The notes beneath the pieces are model-generated. The model saw only the letters and a list, made by a program, of their open reading frames with translations, was not told the origin of the DNA and made no database searches. Positions 9,817-19,133 of a DNA stretch of 64,000 bases are shown here, in pieces. Position 1 is the first letter of the stretch. Each line of letters starts with the position of its first letter. The position numbers were made by a program, and so were the translations under genes. The stretch covers positions 1 through 64,000 of IMG/VR virus record IMGVR_UViG_3300049855_000348, one strand, 5' to 3'.

Positions 9817-12360
9817 ATGGCCGAACCGATCATGCAGGAGGATGTTCTCGTCAACTTCATGGTTGGCGATGAAAAGGTTGTTGCCATGGCCAAGCGGCTG
9901 GCTGAGAACATCAATGGCGTCCGTGGTGCCTCTGAGCAACTGTCCAGTGGTCGTCATTTCATGAAGATGGCTGATGAAATCTTACACCTGGGAAAGGTGA
10001 TGGAGGCCATCAACTTCAACAAAATTCTCGACACCGCCTCCAGTGCGACCAACGATATGTTGAAGAACATGAGGGCTATCAGTGCCAGTGCCGGCATGAC
10101 GAGTAAACAGTTCGCAGAGTTGAATTCTGGCATCGTTGATGCGGCAGCACAGACCGGTGCAGAATTCGGGAACATCGCAGCGAGTGCTCGTGATCTTTTC
10201 GGCAGCACCGGTCTGAAAGAAGGTCTTGGTAAGTCCGTACTCGACGCTGAGCGTCTTGGTATGGTCTTCGACACGAGTTCTGGTTCTTTCGCCAAACTCA
10301 CTGCCAGCATGATCCAGTTCGGTGATGGCGCTGTTGATGCCAACGATGTGATGAAGTCGTTCGACAAGGTTACCGGCATCACCGGTAAGCGTATGGACGA
10401 TCTGTTGGAGTCGGTCACTGACATCAGCAAGACCATGCGGAATGCTGTCGGTAGTGGTAAGCAGTTCGGTGAAAACATGAAAGCCGTTTTGACTAATACG
10501 GCTCAGATCTCAGCACAGTTTACCGAGATGGGTGGCAGCGGTGCCTCTCTCAACGAACTGATGCAGGGTGTGATGGATCCCAACAAGTGGGGTGATATCG
10601 CACAGAAAATGCCGGGCATGGCTGGTCACTTGTTTGAGATGCAGCAGGCGATGGCGGCAGGAAACATGGATGCCTTCAACGCTGCGTTGAAGCAGGGTGC
10701 TGAAGATACCGCTGCGATGGGTGCCAACATGCCGGCCATCGCTCGTGTGGCATCAGGTATTGATTTCACCTCAGCAGAAATTCTTGGAAAGATTGATTTC
10801 AAGAAGGTCGGTACAGAGGCCGAGGGTACGAACGATGTGATGACTCGTTTTGCTGAGTTGTCACATGACCTTGGCACACGATGGGCTCAGTTCTCAAACA
10901 CGCTCTCGAAGAATCTGATGCCGGTTCTGAACATGATCATCGGTGGTATTTCCAAGCTGATGGGTTGGATCAACTTTGCCATGGATAGCCTTGGTCCAGT
11001 TGGTGGCCAGTTCCTTGCTTGGGGAATCGTCATCACAGGTGCAATGGTCAGCCTTCTTGCCGCAACGAAGATGTTCGCCAAGGGAGCGATCAAAGCAGTT
11101 TCCGAGACCGCTGCTGAAGCTGGTCATGGTGTTGGTAAAGCTGCCGGTTCAGTGGTTGGTGGCTTCATGGAAGCGATTGGCAAGGCTGCCTCATCGATTG
11201 CCAAGTATGCCGTTCCGATGTTGGTTATCTCTGCCGCCCTGCTCGTCTTCGCCGCAGCGGTCTACGTGCTCGCCAAGTCCTTCCAGGTCCTCGATAGTGT
11301 TGATCTCGGTCACGTTGCTCTGGGTCTGTTGTTGGTCATTGGTGCCTTCGCCGTATTCGCTATCGCAGCAGTCCTATTGGCACCGGTAGCGCCGGCTCTG
11401 ATCGTGGTTGGCTTGGCCTTCCTGGTCTTCGCCGCAAGCGTCTATGTGATGGCAGCCGCCTCGACCATCCTGGTGGCCTCCGCCATGGCTATGGGTGAAG
11501 TCCCATGGTCGGTACTCGCCGCTGGCTTCATGGAACTGGCACCAGCCCTGCTGGCTCTGTTCATCGCTGCTATGCCATGGGCGTCGCCGGTTGGCTGGCT
11601 GGTCTCTGCCGGTCTGGCTCTTCTCGGTACGTCGCTGGAAGGCGTCGCTGCATCCGCTCAGCAACTCGGCATGGGCTCGCTCAATGCAGCCAAGGGTCTC
11701 AAGGGAATCACTGACTCAGCAGACAAGATCAGTGCTCTGTCGGGGCTGGACTTCACTGGCCTGGAGAAGCTGGGCAACGCCGTCTCTGCCTACAACGTTC
11801 AGGTCACCACCAGCATCAGTGGCAAGACCACCGGTGGCAATGCTGTGCTCAAGGGTATCCAAGAGTCGATCGCCTCGGTGGTCAACACCGTCAAGTCGAT
11901 GCAGGACTTCTCGGTCGATGGTACCCAGGCCATCCTCGATCCGATTCGTGAGATGACTGCCATGGGTACACTGTTCGCCTCCGGCAAGGACAAAGATCTG
12001 CTCTACTTCGCTGCTACGCTCACTGCCTTCATGGGCATGATGCACAATGCCGCTGGCTCCTTCAGCGAAGGTGACTTCGACAAGCTCGGCATCGCAGCTA
12101 GCAAGCTGGAGAACGTGCAGGCAGCTATCAGTCATGACGTGAAGATCAGCACCAAAACTGGCGCTGAGTTGGCTCTCGAAGACCACACCGCTGCTACCGC
12201 TGAACACCAGAAGAACGTCGAGACCCTGTTGGCTGATATCCGTGATGGCATTGATCGCATCAATGGTGGCCCTGGCTCTAAGCAGGTTGCTGAGTACAAC
12301 GGAGGAACCCCAAGCTGGCGTCCTGAAAGTCTGTTCTCGTCTGAGGGAGAGAGCTTCTAA
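9817..12360 (+). CDS. Tail tape measure protein
   Basis: 847 aa, Ala/Gly/Met-rich helical sequence with a central hydrophobic stretch. Confidence 0.8.
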   Translation: MAEPIMQEDVLVNFMVGDEKVVAMAKRLAENINGVRGASEQLSSGRHFMKMADEILHLGKVMEAINFNKILDTASSATNDMLKNMRAISASAGMTSKQFAELNSGIVDAAAQTGAEFGNIAASARDLFGSTGLKEGLGKSVLDAERLGMVFDTSSGSFAKLTASMIQFGDGAVDANDVMKSFDKVTGITGKRMDDLLESVTDISKTMRNAVGSGKQFGENMKAVLTNTAQISAQFTEMGGSGASLNELMQGVMDPNKWGDIAQKMPGMAGHLFEMQQAMAAGNMDAFNAALKQGAEDTAAMGANMPAIARVASGIDFTSAEILGKIDFKKVGTEAEGTNDVMTRFAELSHDLGTRWAQFSNTLSKNLMPVLNMIIGGISKLMGWINFAMDSLGPVGGQFLAWGIVITGAMVSLLAATKMFAKGAIKAVSETAAEAGHGVGKAAGSVVGGFMEAIGKAASSIAKYAVPMLVISAALLVFAAAVYVLAKSFQVLDSVDLGHVALGLLLVIGAFAVFAIAAVLLAPVAPALIVVGLAFLVFAASVYVMAAASTILVASAMAMGEVPWSVLAAGFMELAPALLALFIAAMPWASPVGWLVSAGLALLGTSLEGVAASAQQLGMGSLNAAKGLKGITDSADKISALSGLDFTGLEKLGNAVSAYNVQVTTSISGKTTGGNAVLKGIQESIASVVNTVKSMQDFSVDGTQAILDPIREMTAMGTLFASGKDKDLLYFAATLTAFMGMMHNAAGSFSEGDFDKLGIAASKLENVQAAISHDVKISTKTGAELALEDHTAATAEHQKNVETLLADIRDGIDRINGGPGSKQVAEYNGGTPSWRPESLFSSEGESF

Positions 12361-13733
12361 TGGCTAAAGAAAAAATTGGTGCAGCCGGCATGACCCGTGG
12401 CCCCGTTCAGGGTGCTGACGTTGGTGCCACTCGTAATTCTCCTCCGCTATCGGCACAGGAGCAGGAGGCGAATCGTCAGAGTGATGAAGTCAACATCGCT
12501 GACGCCAAGACCAACATTGCCAACAACAACATGCCGGCAGCCAACCAGAATGTGGCCAATATCCATGATCCGCAGAAACGCATTGAAATGCACAATCAGT
12601 TGGCTGCTGCTGGTGGTGCCGAGTCTCCGCCCGCGAGCCTGTTCAAAGATGGTAGCGGCGGACTCTCTGATCCGCTAGCTCTCTTCTTTATGATGGTGTT
12701 TTACCTCGACAAGGCTTCGCCGACATTCAACTGGAATGATGTGCTGAAGACCGCCAGCGATAATGGCGGGGACAACGTCAAATTCGGAACCATCAAGGTC
12801 GAGGATGGTTTCCTCCCACAACGCCGCTTCAGCGATTCCAACGTTCAGACACCACCAGTGGTTTCATCGAGTGCTGGAAACACCAGTCCAGAAACCACAC
12901 GTGAACTCAACACAAAGCAGACCGAGGTCGGTGCGCAGAAAGATGCCAACCCCAACCCGACAGCCGTCAGTCAGGGTCAGGGCACGTCTGAAAAGAAGGC
13001 CGGTAACGTCATTGTCTGGCCAACCCAGACTATGCCGATCATCTCTGGTGGTATGAACAAGAGTGTTGATTGGCCAAGTCAATCAGTGGCGACTTTGGCT
13101 GAACCAGTTCTCTCGCTCAACAAGGGTGCTTCACCTATCGAGATCGACATCGAGTTCGTCTATGCCGTTGGTACCTTCGGCATCGGTGATGGTGAGATCA
13201 GCGGCTACAGCAGTGTTGGTGACAAGGACCGTGGAGGTGAACCAGCCAGCACATCAGAGCCGCCTCTGACGAACCGCCAGAAGGGCTGGTGGACTGTTGA
13301 GGAGATCATGGGTGCGATGTATCTCGCCACCTCCCTAGTCTATCCATTCAAGAGCAGTCAGGTAGTATCCAAGGGAGTGAAGGACAAGGAGAGTGCTGGT
13401 GCTCAAGCGCAGTTCCCTGTGATCTTCATGCGGCATTACAGCCTCTTCCCCTTCCTGACGCCGTTCGTCGTCAAGGCGGTCAAGATCGAGCCAGATGAGG
13501 AACAGCCGCTCATCGTGACGGAACCACTCAACCTCAACAAGACCATGAAGTCTCACCTGACCTTCCCAGCCGTGCGTCAGGTCGTGAAGATCACCCTATC
13601 GATGATCTCGGCTCACTACTACCTGCCGGTCTTTGGTGGTAAGGACGAAGGCAATCAGATTCAGATTCAAACTTCAGGTGAGACCTATCTTGCCCTGGCT
13701 CAAAGTCTCTTGGGTAAAAGGTTAGAAAAATAA
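12360..13733 (+). CDS. Probable tail-tube initiator or baseplate protein
   Basis: Position between the tape measure and LysM-like genes. Confidence 0.45.
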   Translation: MAKEKIGAAGMTRGPVQGADVGATRNSPPLSAQEQEANRQSDEVNIADAKTNIANNNMPAANQNVANIHDPQKRIEMHNQLAAAGGAESPPASLFKDGSGGLSDPLALFFMMVFYLDKASPTFNWNDVLKTASDNGGDNVKFGTIKVEDGFLPQRRFSDSNVQTPPVVSSSAGNTSPETTRELNTKQTEVGAQKDANPNPTAVSQGQGTSEKKAGNVIVWPTQTMPIISGGMNKSVDWPSQSVATLAEPVLSLNKGASPIEIDIEFVYAVGTFGIGDGEISGYSSVGDKDRGGEPASTSEPPLTNRQKGWWTVEEIMGAMYLATSLVYPFKSSQVVSKGVKDKESAGAQAQFPVIFMRHYSLFPFLTPFVVKAVKIEPDEEQPLIVTEPLNLNKTMKSHLTFPAVRQVVKITLSMISAHYYLPVFGGKDEGNQIQIQTSGETYLALAQSLLGKRLEK

Positions 13734-13738
13734 ACCAT

Positions 13739-14059
13739 ATGCCTGACTATGGAAGTAACAGCCGTTTCAGCACAGACGACGAATTCAAGGTCGTCACCCG
13801 TAAAGGCGTGACCCTTGGTACAGTCACCATCATGCCAGTCCCCAACCGTGGGCCGGACGACTCGCAGTACATCGTACCGCTGAACTTCCAATACCGGTGG
13901 GATCTCCTGGCCAACGCATTGCTGGGTGATCCAAACGACAAGTGGATCCTGATGCGCCACAATCGCATTGAGGACCCGTTTACCGGTCCTTTGGCCGGTG
14001 ATCGTCTGCTGGTGCCTACGGCTGATCAGATCGCTTATTACAGGGGTCAGCAGAGCTAA
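13739..14059 (+). CDS. LysM / T4 gp53 / P2 gpX-like baseplate protein
   Basis: RWDLLANALLGDPNDKWILMRHNRIEDPF...GDRLLVP. Confidence 0.8.
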   Translation: MPDYGSNSRFSTDDEFKVVTRKGVTLGTVTIMPVPNRGPDDSQYIVPLNFQYRWDLLANALLGDPNDKWILMRHNRIEDPFTGPLAGDRLLVPTADQIAYYRGQQS

Positions 14060-14081
14060 GTGTTCGGTCCAGAGTGAACGG

Positions 14082-14109
14082 TTGACATAGATTGTGGTGT
14101 CGCTAATAA
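14082..14109 (+). promoter_or_regulatory. Class I promoter
   Basis: TTGACA-N16-TAATAA, ATG 6 nt downstream. Confidence 0.7.
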
Positions 14110-14134
14110 ATTGGCATGCGCCCACAACCAGTCG

Positions 14135-14162
14135 TTGACTTCGACCCTTTTGTCGCTATACT
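14135..14162 (+). promoter_or_regulatory. Class I promoter
   Basis: TTGACT-N16-TATACT, ATG at 14169. Confidence 0.85.
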
Positions 14163-14168
14163 GTGAGC

Positions 14169-14510
14169 ATGCAAAAGAAACTCATCACCCTGGAACTCGA
14201 AACTGAAGTCGGTGGCCCGGCGCGGATGCCCCGTGCGCCCCAACTGCCAGTCCCCGAAACCTACTTCGATACCCTGTGGATGGCGATCGAAGGGTGGTAC
14301 AACTACCTCAGCTTCAAAGGTGCGCAGAAGGGCTGGGGTGAGCCCGCGACCTTCCTGTCTGATCTGGATGTCAAGGTGATGTACGCCGGACAGACCCAGC
14401 AGTTCCTGATCCCCTACGTCAACGGCAAGGGCAGCCACGCCATGCTGATCACCATCTACAAGCGCGACGAAGGTCAGCGCGTGTACGAGGTCACCGCTTA
14501 CAACTCCTGA
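14169..14510 (+). CDS. Hypothetical early protein (leaderless)
   Basis: ATG 6 nt after the -10 box. Confidence 0.75.
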   Translation: MQKKLITLELETEVGGPARMPRAPQLPVPETYFDTLWMAIEGWYNYLSFKGAQKGWGEPATFLSDLDVKVMYAGQTQQFLIPYVNGKGSHAMLITIYKRDEGQRVYEVTAYNS

Positions 14511-14516
14511 GGATTC

Positions 14517-15059
14517 ATGAGCCCACAAGAGATCATGCGAGCCTACCCAGTAGGCCGCATCCTTGAACTGTCACCTGAGGCGAAGCATCGCATCAAGTTC
14601 CTGGCAGTGTGCCTTGATAACATCGACCTCTGCCAGCGTAAATTGCAAGACAAGCTCGGTGGAATGCATGCAATCGGCCAGCCCGTCACCGGCGAGCAGA
14701 TCACCGAGGTGATCGACAACATGCTCGATGCCCAACCGTTCGAGGGGATGATCTCGCTCACCCTCGGCGAGGGATGGAATGGTCCGGAAGCGATCATCCA
14801 CGCCAAGAATTCGGCTCGATGCCTGCGCAAGGTCATCTGGTCGGTGATCTACGACGATGTCGTCGCCACCTACAGCATCACGTTCTCGGTCTGGAAGAAA
14901 CTCAAGTGCTCGCTGCTGGAGAATCCACCCGGTGGTGGCGTTCTCATTCGTGGCTACGAGTTCGCCGAGAAGGAACTCGGACACGAGGGTAAGTCGAACC
15001 GCCCTGATGTCTGTCCCGACTTCCCACCGATGGGTCTCATGGATGAGGATGAGGAATGA
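14517..15059 (+). CDS. Hypothetical protein
   Basis: 180 aa, SD GAGGA. Confidence 0.7.
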   Translation: MSPQEIMRAYPVGRILELSPEAKHRIKFLAVCLDNIDLCQRKLQDKLGGMHAIGQPVTGEQITEVIDNMLDAQPFEGMISLTLGEGWNGPEAIIHAKNSARCLRKVIWSVIYDDVVATYSITFSVWKKLKCSLLENPPGGGVLIRGYEFAEKELGHEGKSNRPDVCPDFPPMGLMDEDEE

Positions 15060-16957
15060 GCAACCTCAACCAAATCATGGAAGCGATCATGTGCTCGGAC
15101 ACCGGCGAGGAGGTCGACACCGACCCGATCGTTGGCCAGCTTGCCGGTGGAAACGCCGTCAGTTGGAAACCGTCTGACCAGATGCTTCAGGCTGCTGCCT
15201 CCCTCGGTTACGGCCAAGGCGTCTCACAGTTGAAGCCGATGATGACCCCCAAGGGTCGTCTGATCGGCTTCCCCTTCCCGACCCCACGTCCCTTTCAACT
15301 TGAAGCTGTGGATGCCGTGCTCGAAGAGTTCAAGGCCGGCAACAACGTTCTATTCGAGGCTGGTACCGGGTTCGGTAAGTCACCACTGGAGATCGGTGTC
15401 GTCTCGGCCTTCCAGTCCGCCTACCTGCTCATCGGTCGCAATGATCTGGTCGACCAATGGGAGCGTGACTTCGATCACTTCAGCAAGATCGGCTTCTACA
15501 AAGCTCGTGCTCGCTTCGACTGCACAGAGATCTCCGGCGATCGTGGCCCTCTCAACTGTTCCCAGGCCAAGACCCCCTGCGGCAAGAAGCGCCAGAGCAA
15601 AGACAACGACTGCCAAGCCTGCCCCTACGCCGTGAATCGTGATGTGGCGCTCGCCAAGCCCTACACCGTGATGACGCTGTCCCTGGGGATGACCATCTTC
15701 AAACACCTCCAGATGCACCCTGGCGTGACCAAGCGTGACGTGATGGTGATCGACGAGTGCTCAGAGCTTGAGTCTGAGATCATGAAGTTCTTCGAGTTCC
15801 AGGTGTCGACCAAGACGCTCTTCCGGGCAATTCAGAAGACGATCACCATGGGTCAGTTCTTCAGCGAAGGGGATGATTTCTATAGCCGCTGGCCGAACGT
15901 CACGCCCAGCACCAACTTCGCCATCGCCATCAACCAAATGCGCCCGATTTCAGACACCTCCGCCTGCTTCCGTTGGGCGATCGAGATCTCAGGCATTGCC
16001 CAGCAACGCATGAACTGGCTTGGTGCCGGCCAGAAGTCCGAGGAGGCTGAGAAGATCGCCGAAGCCTGCGAACAGATCATCCGCATGTGCAAGCAGGTGA
16101 TCGACGCCATCGGCGACAACGTGCCCTACTTCGGGGAGATGGTCCCAGATGAGGTTGATGGCACCTACAAGGTCCGCGTCTCCCCCCTGGAGGCTAAGGG
16201 CATGCTGAGGCGTCTCCTGGCCCCGTACGCGAAACATCTCCTGTTCGTGAGTGCTACGACCGGGTCAGCCGAGATGTTCGCTAGAACGCACTCCCTGCCC
16301 AAGGAAGCGCCTGTCGTCAAGGTGACCGCCCCGTCCGGCTTCCCGGTGGCCAATCGTATGGTCTACAACCTGCGTGCCGGCAACATGAGTAACAAGACCC
16401 AGGTGGCCGACTCCCCCTTGGTCCTGAAGATGCTGGTCGACCTCGCCACCCAACGCCAGTCAGAGCAGCCCCGGTTCGATCACATCAACCAGAAGGGCAT
16501 CATCCACACCTACAACAACAAGATCACGGACATGGTCCTGGAAGCCTTCCGGTCGGCTGGCCTTGGTCACCGGGTGATCCCTCTCAAGGGGTCTGGCAAG
16601 GCTCGTGAGCAGGCCATGGAGATCTTCACCAAGACCACCCAGCCGCTGATCCTGGTCAGTCCCTCGGCGATGCTCGGCCTGTCTCTGAATGACGATCTGG
16701 CCCGCTGGCAGGCCATCGTGAAGGTACCGTACCCGTACCTCGGGGATCAGAGCATTGCCCATCGCAAGGAGACAATCGCAGGCTGGTACGAGTGGCAGAC
16801 CGCCAAGGATCTGATCCAGACCTTCGGTCGCATCGTGCGCTCAGACAGCGACTGGGGATCCACCTACATCCTCGACGACGCCTTCACCGGGTTCTACTCC
16901 CGCAACAGTGATCTCTTTCCTGCGTTCATCCGCGAAGCCATCTGGCAGAAGCCGTGA
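15056..16957 (+). CDS. dinG: DinG/XPD-family SF2 helicase
   Basis: AGTGFGKS Walker A, IDEC, SAT, IVKVPYP, LIQTFGRIVRS.SDWG..YILD; Cys cluster. Confidence 0.9.
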   Translation: MSNLNQIMEAIMCSDTGEEVDTDPIVGQLAGGNAVSWKPSDQMLQAAASLGYGQGVSQLKPMMTPKGRLIGFPFPTPRPFQLEAVDAVLEEFKAGNNVLFEAGTGFGKSPLEIGVVSAFQSAYLLIGRNDLVDQWERDFDHFSKIGFYKARARFDCTEISGDRGPLNCSQAKTPCGKKRQSKDNDCQACPYAVNRDVALAKPYTVMTLSLGMTIFKHLQMHPGVTKRDVMVIDECSELESEIMKFFEFQVSTKTLFRAIQKTITMGQFFSEGDDFYSRWPNVTPSTNFAIAINQMRPISDTSACFRWAIEISGIAQQRMNWLGAGQKSEEAEKIAEACEQIIRMCKQVIDAIGDNVPYFGEMVPDEVDGTYKVRVSPLEAKGMLRRLLAPYAKHLLFVSATTGSAEMFARTHSLPKEAPVVKVTAPSGFPVANRMVYNLRAGNMSNKTQVADSPLVLKMLVDLATQRQSEQPRFDHINQKGIIHTYNNKITDMVLEAFRSAGLGHRVIPLKGSGKAREQAMEIFTKTTQPLILVSPSAMLGLSLNDDLARWQAIVKVPYPYLGDQSIAHRKETIAGWYEWQTAKDLIQTFGRIVRSDSDWGSTYILDDAFTGFYSRNSDLFPAFIREAIWQKP

Positions 16958-17145
16958 TCGAGATCCACATCGACGAAGTTACGTGGATGAGTGCTGATCC
17001 TGAAACACAGGAAGCAGCGAAACGTTCATGGCCTCCTGGCTATTTTCTTTTTCTACACGTGGTCGACCCAACGGGCCAGAAGCTCGGTCGCCATCGCTGG
17101 GATCGCCACTACCCATCTCTACCAAAGGAATCTTCATGTCCCTGA
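16954..17145 (+). CDS. Hypothetical protein
   Basis: 63 aa, coupled overlap with dinG. Confidence 0.45.
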   Translation: MIEIHIDEVTWMSADPETQEAAKRSWPPGYFLFLHVVDPTGQKLGRHRWDRHYPSLPKESSCP

Positions 17146-17612
17146 CCAATCTCACTGAACACGCTCAGCGTGTTCTCTCCTTCATGCTCCGTGCGAAACA
17201 GAATTGCCCGGTTGTGCCGACCTTGCCTGATGAAAAGACGCGGATTCTACGGGCGAAGTTGATCTTTGAGGAGGCGATGGAACTCATCAAGGATGGTCTG
17301 GGAATCGATGTCAGCATCGAGACCGACAAGGAAGGGAATGCTGAGTACGCTTTCAAAATCGTCGGCCCTGGTGATCTCGTGCAGATCGCCGATGGCTTCG
17401 CTGATCTCTCGGTGGTGAACACCGGCACGGCGCTCGCCTGCGGCATGGAAGATGTTCGTCTGTTGGAGATCGTCGACCGCAACAACCTCGCCAAGTTCCG
17501 CCCTGGTCATTCATTCCGCGAGGATGGCAAGTTGATCAAGCCACCTGACCACCAGAAGCCGGACTTCAAATCTGAACTCATGCTTCAGGAACACGCAGCG
17601 AAACATGCCTGA
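17136..17612 (+). CDS. MazG-like / PRA-PH NTP pyrophosphohydrolase
   Basis: LRAKLIFEEAMEL, IADGFADL, N.AK, REDGKLIKP; SD AAGGA. Confidence 0.85.
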   Translation: MSLTNLTEHAQRVLSFMLRAKQNCPVVPTLPDEKTRILRAKLIFEEAMELIKDGLGIDVSIETDKEGNAEYAFKIVGPGDLVQIADGFADLSVVNTGTALACGMEDVRLLEIVDRNNLAKFRPGHSFREDGKLIKPPDHQKPDFKSELMLQEHAAKHA

Positions 17613-17859
17613 AAAAGTTCCATTCGTCCAAGAACCAGACACGTTCATCACTGCAAAACCAGTCGAGAAAAAGGCTGGGAAGCAATGGGTCGTGAAGAAA
17701 GTTCACACCACTATCAAAATCATGGATCAAGATATTCCAATGAAAGATCCAGAAAGTGGTGTGGTTGGTTTTCTGCCAGTTCTGGATGATTATGAGAAAG
17801 CACTTCGTTTCGTAGATGGTGATAGAAGTCTTCTAGCCGGTATCGAACCGGTCACTTGA
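17605..17859 (+). CDS. Hypothetical protein
   Basis: 84 aa, coupled overlap. Confidence 0.55.
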   Translation: MPEKVPFVQEPDTFITAKPVEKKAGKQWVVKKVHTTIKIMDQDIPMKDPESGVVGFLPVLDDYEKALRFVDGDRSLLAGIEPVT

Positions 17860-18008
17860 CTCCTATGGTAGCCGTGAAAGCGCAAGGTGTAAAACCCCCA
17901 GGCGAGTAGAACGGAAGGAATCCGAAGTGGGTAGTTGACCAAGCTGTGGCCACAGCCGTCAGCGAGAGCGGAGGAGATAGGTGGGTTCGATTCCTGCCGG
18001 AGTCACCA
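17858..18008 (+). ncRNA. 151-nt tRNA-like RNA (acceptor stem, T-arm and CCA around a large insert)
   Basis: GACTCC pairs with GGAGTC-A-CCA; GTGGG-TTCGATT-CCTGC; carries the GYAA/CCCAR module. Confidence 0.65.
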
Positions 18009-18015
18009 AATGCTG

Positions 18016-18056
18016 TGTCCGTGATGGTTATTTTCTTCGGAAACCCATCACGGACA
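18016..18056 (+). terminator. 12-bp perfect hairpin (terminator or processing stem)
   Basis: TGTCCGTGATGG / CCATCACGGACA. Confidence 0.6.
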
Positions 18057-18086
18057 AGAACCTACGACACACTTGCCAAATTGTTC

Positions 18087-18114
18087 TTGCAACTGAAATC
18101 AGTCTTGCTACACC
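18087..18114 (+). promoter_or_regulatory. Candidate promoter of the + tRNA-array leader
   Basis: TTGCAA-N16-TACACC. Shares AGTCTYGCTA with the site upstream of the - leader (40952-40979). Confidence 0.4.
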
Positions 18115-18128
18115 TCCACGTACCAGCC

Positions 18129-18278
18129 ATGAGACCTCTCACCTCCATACCAGCCGTTCGCGCCACCAAGTGGCAAGCGAAGCCCATGACCAAAACGGTC
18201 AATGGCGCACAGGGTTGCTTTGGAGTGACAACTGAACGCAATCAGGCCGATCACATTCCGGAACCAGGGTTCATGTAG
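18129..18278 (+). CDS. Attenuator leader peptide of the + tRNA array (49 aa; alternative start 18186)
   Basis: MRPLTSIPAVRATKWQAKPMTKTVNGAQGCFGVTTERNQADHIPEPGFM. Its 3' end is complementary to the terminator 5' arm. Confidence 0.8.
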   Translation: MRPLTSIPAVRATKWQAKPMTKTVNGAQGCFGVTTERNQADHIPEPGFM

Positions 18279-18307
18279 CAGACAAGGGTAAAACCTCCAA
18301 GCCACAT

Positions 18308-18345
18308 GAACCCCGGGACCAAAAAGTCTCGGGGTTCTTCTTTTT
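18308..18345 (+). terminator. Attenuator terminator before the + tRNA array
   Basis: GAACCCCGGGAC-CAAAAA-GTCTCGGGGTTC-TTCTTTTT. Confidence 0.9.
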
Positions 18346-18490
18346 CTGATCCTCACGGATCTTGACAACTTTATAATCGTGGAAGCCAATGAGGGGAGAA
18401 ATCCCTTCATTCTTGGACCTACCATCCTGTTCTACTAGACAGGGAAGCCTGTGGGGAGAAATCCTCTAGCCGTGGTGGTGGTCCTGGTAT

Positions 18491-18565
18491 CGTCGAGTAT
18501 TTCAGCGGAAGAATATCTGCATGACATGCAGAAGGTCGGTGGTTCGATCCCACCCTCGACGACCA
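18491..18565 (+). tRNA. tRNA-Val(GAC)
   Basis: Cloverleaf, loop ATGACAT, encoded CCA. Confidence 0.9.
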
Positions 18566-18570
18566 AACAA

Positions 18571-18648
18571 TGCGGAGTAACTGGAGATGGAACCAGCCCA
18601 GCCTCATAAGCTGAACAAACGTGTGTTCGAGTCACACCTCCGCAACCA
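18571..18648 (+). tRNA. tRNA-Met(CAT); Met versus Ile2 not resolvable
   Basis: Cloverleaf, loop CTCATAA, CCA. Confidence 0.88.
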
Positions 18649-18649
18649 T

Positions 18650-18839
18650 TTGCAAGGACCTCTCTGCCCACCATCTCGATCCTAAGAAGAAAGAAGACAA
18701 CATCGGTACGATGGTCAGAAGAAGAGTGGCTATCAAAACTTTGGAAATCGAACTGCAAAAGTGTCTCTGCGTGTGTGAGAACTGTCATCGCAAGATCCAT
18801 GCAGGTATCATCAAACCTTTTCTCAGTGCTGGATCATGA
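18650..18839 (+). pseudogene. Truncated HNH endonuclease remnant
   Basis: HHLDP.KK...KC.CVCENCHRKIH begins right after the tRNA CCA with no start context. Confidence 0.65.
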
Positions 18840-18886
18840 CCGAACGCCTGTGGTCATTCCCTGGCGGGCACTCGGATTCTTCACAT

Positions 18887-18963
18887 GGTGGTCGTAGCTC
18901 AATGGATAGAGCACTGGACTGTGGCTCCAGCGGCTGTGGGTTCGACTCCCATCGATCACACCA
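18887..18963 (+). tRNA. tRNA-His(GTG)
   Basis: Cloverleaf, loop CTGTGGC, G-1 present, A73. Confidence 0.92.
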
Positions 18964-18970
18964 GTTCATT

Positions 18971-19047
18971 GTGCGGAGTACGCGCCTGACCCAGGCAAGA
19001 GGGTTTGCTCTAACCTCCCAGAGAAGAACGGGAGGTTGCTTCGGCAT
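18971..19047 (+). ncRNA. Putative structured spacer RNA (three hairpins in a closing stem)
   Basis: GCCTG/CAGGC, AGAG/CTCT, AACCTCCC/GGGAGGTT. Confidence 0.4.
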
Positions 19048-19121
19048 GGCTTGGTCGCTCAACGGCAGGGCGCTGGTTTGAAAAACCAGAGACGAAGGTT
19101 CGACTCCTTCTCAAGCCACCA
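19048..19121 (+). tRNA. tRNA-Phe(GAA)
   Basis: Cloverleaf, loop TTGAAAA. Confidence 0.92.
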
Positions 19122-19133
19122 TCTCCTTCTCAC

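Noticed and set aside
17946-18128. N-terminal extension of the + leader ORF from GTG 17946
   Set aside because: It runs through a tRNA-like RNA and a strong hairpin. ATG 18129 (or 18186) after the candidate promoter is more plausible.
18362-18377. Perfect TTGACA and TATAAT as a sigma70 promoter bypassing the attenuator
   Set aside because: The two hexamers are only 4 nt apart; better read as the boxA-like motif shared with the - array
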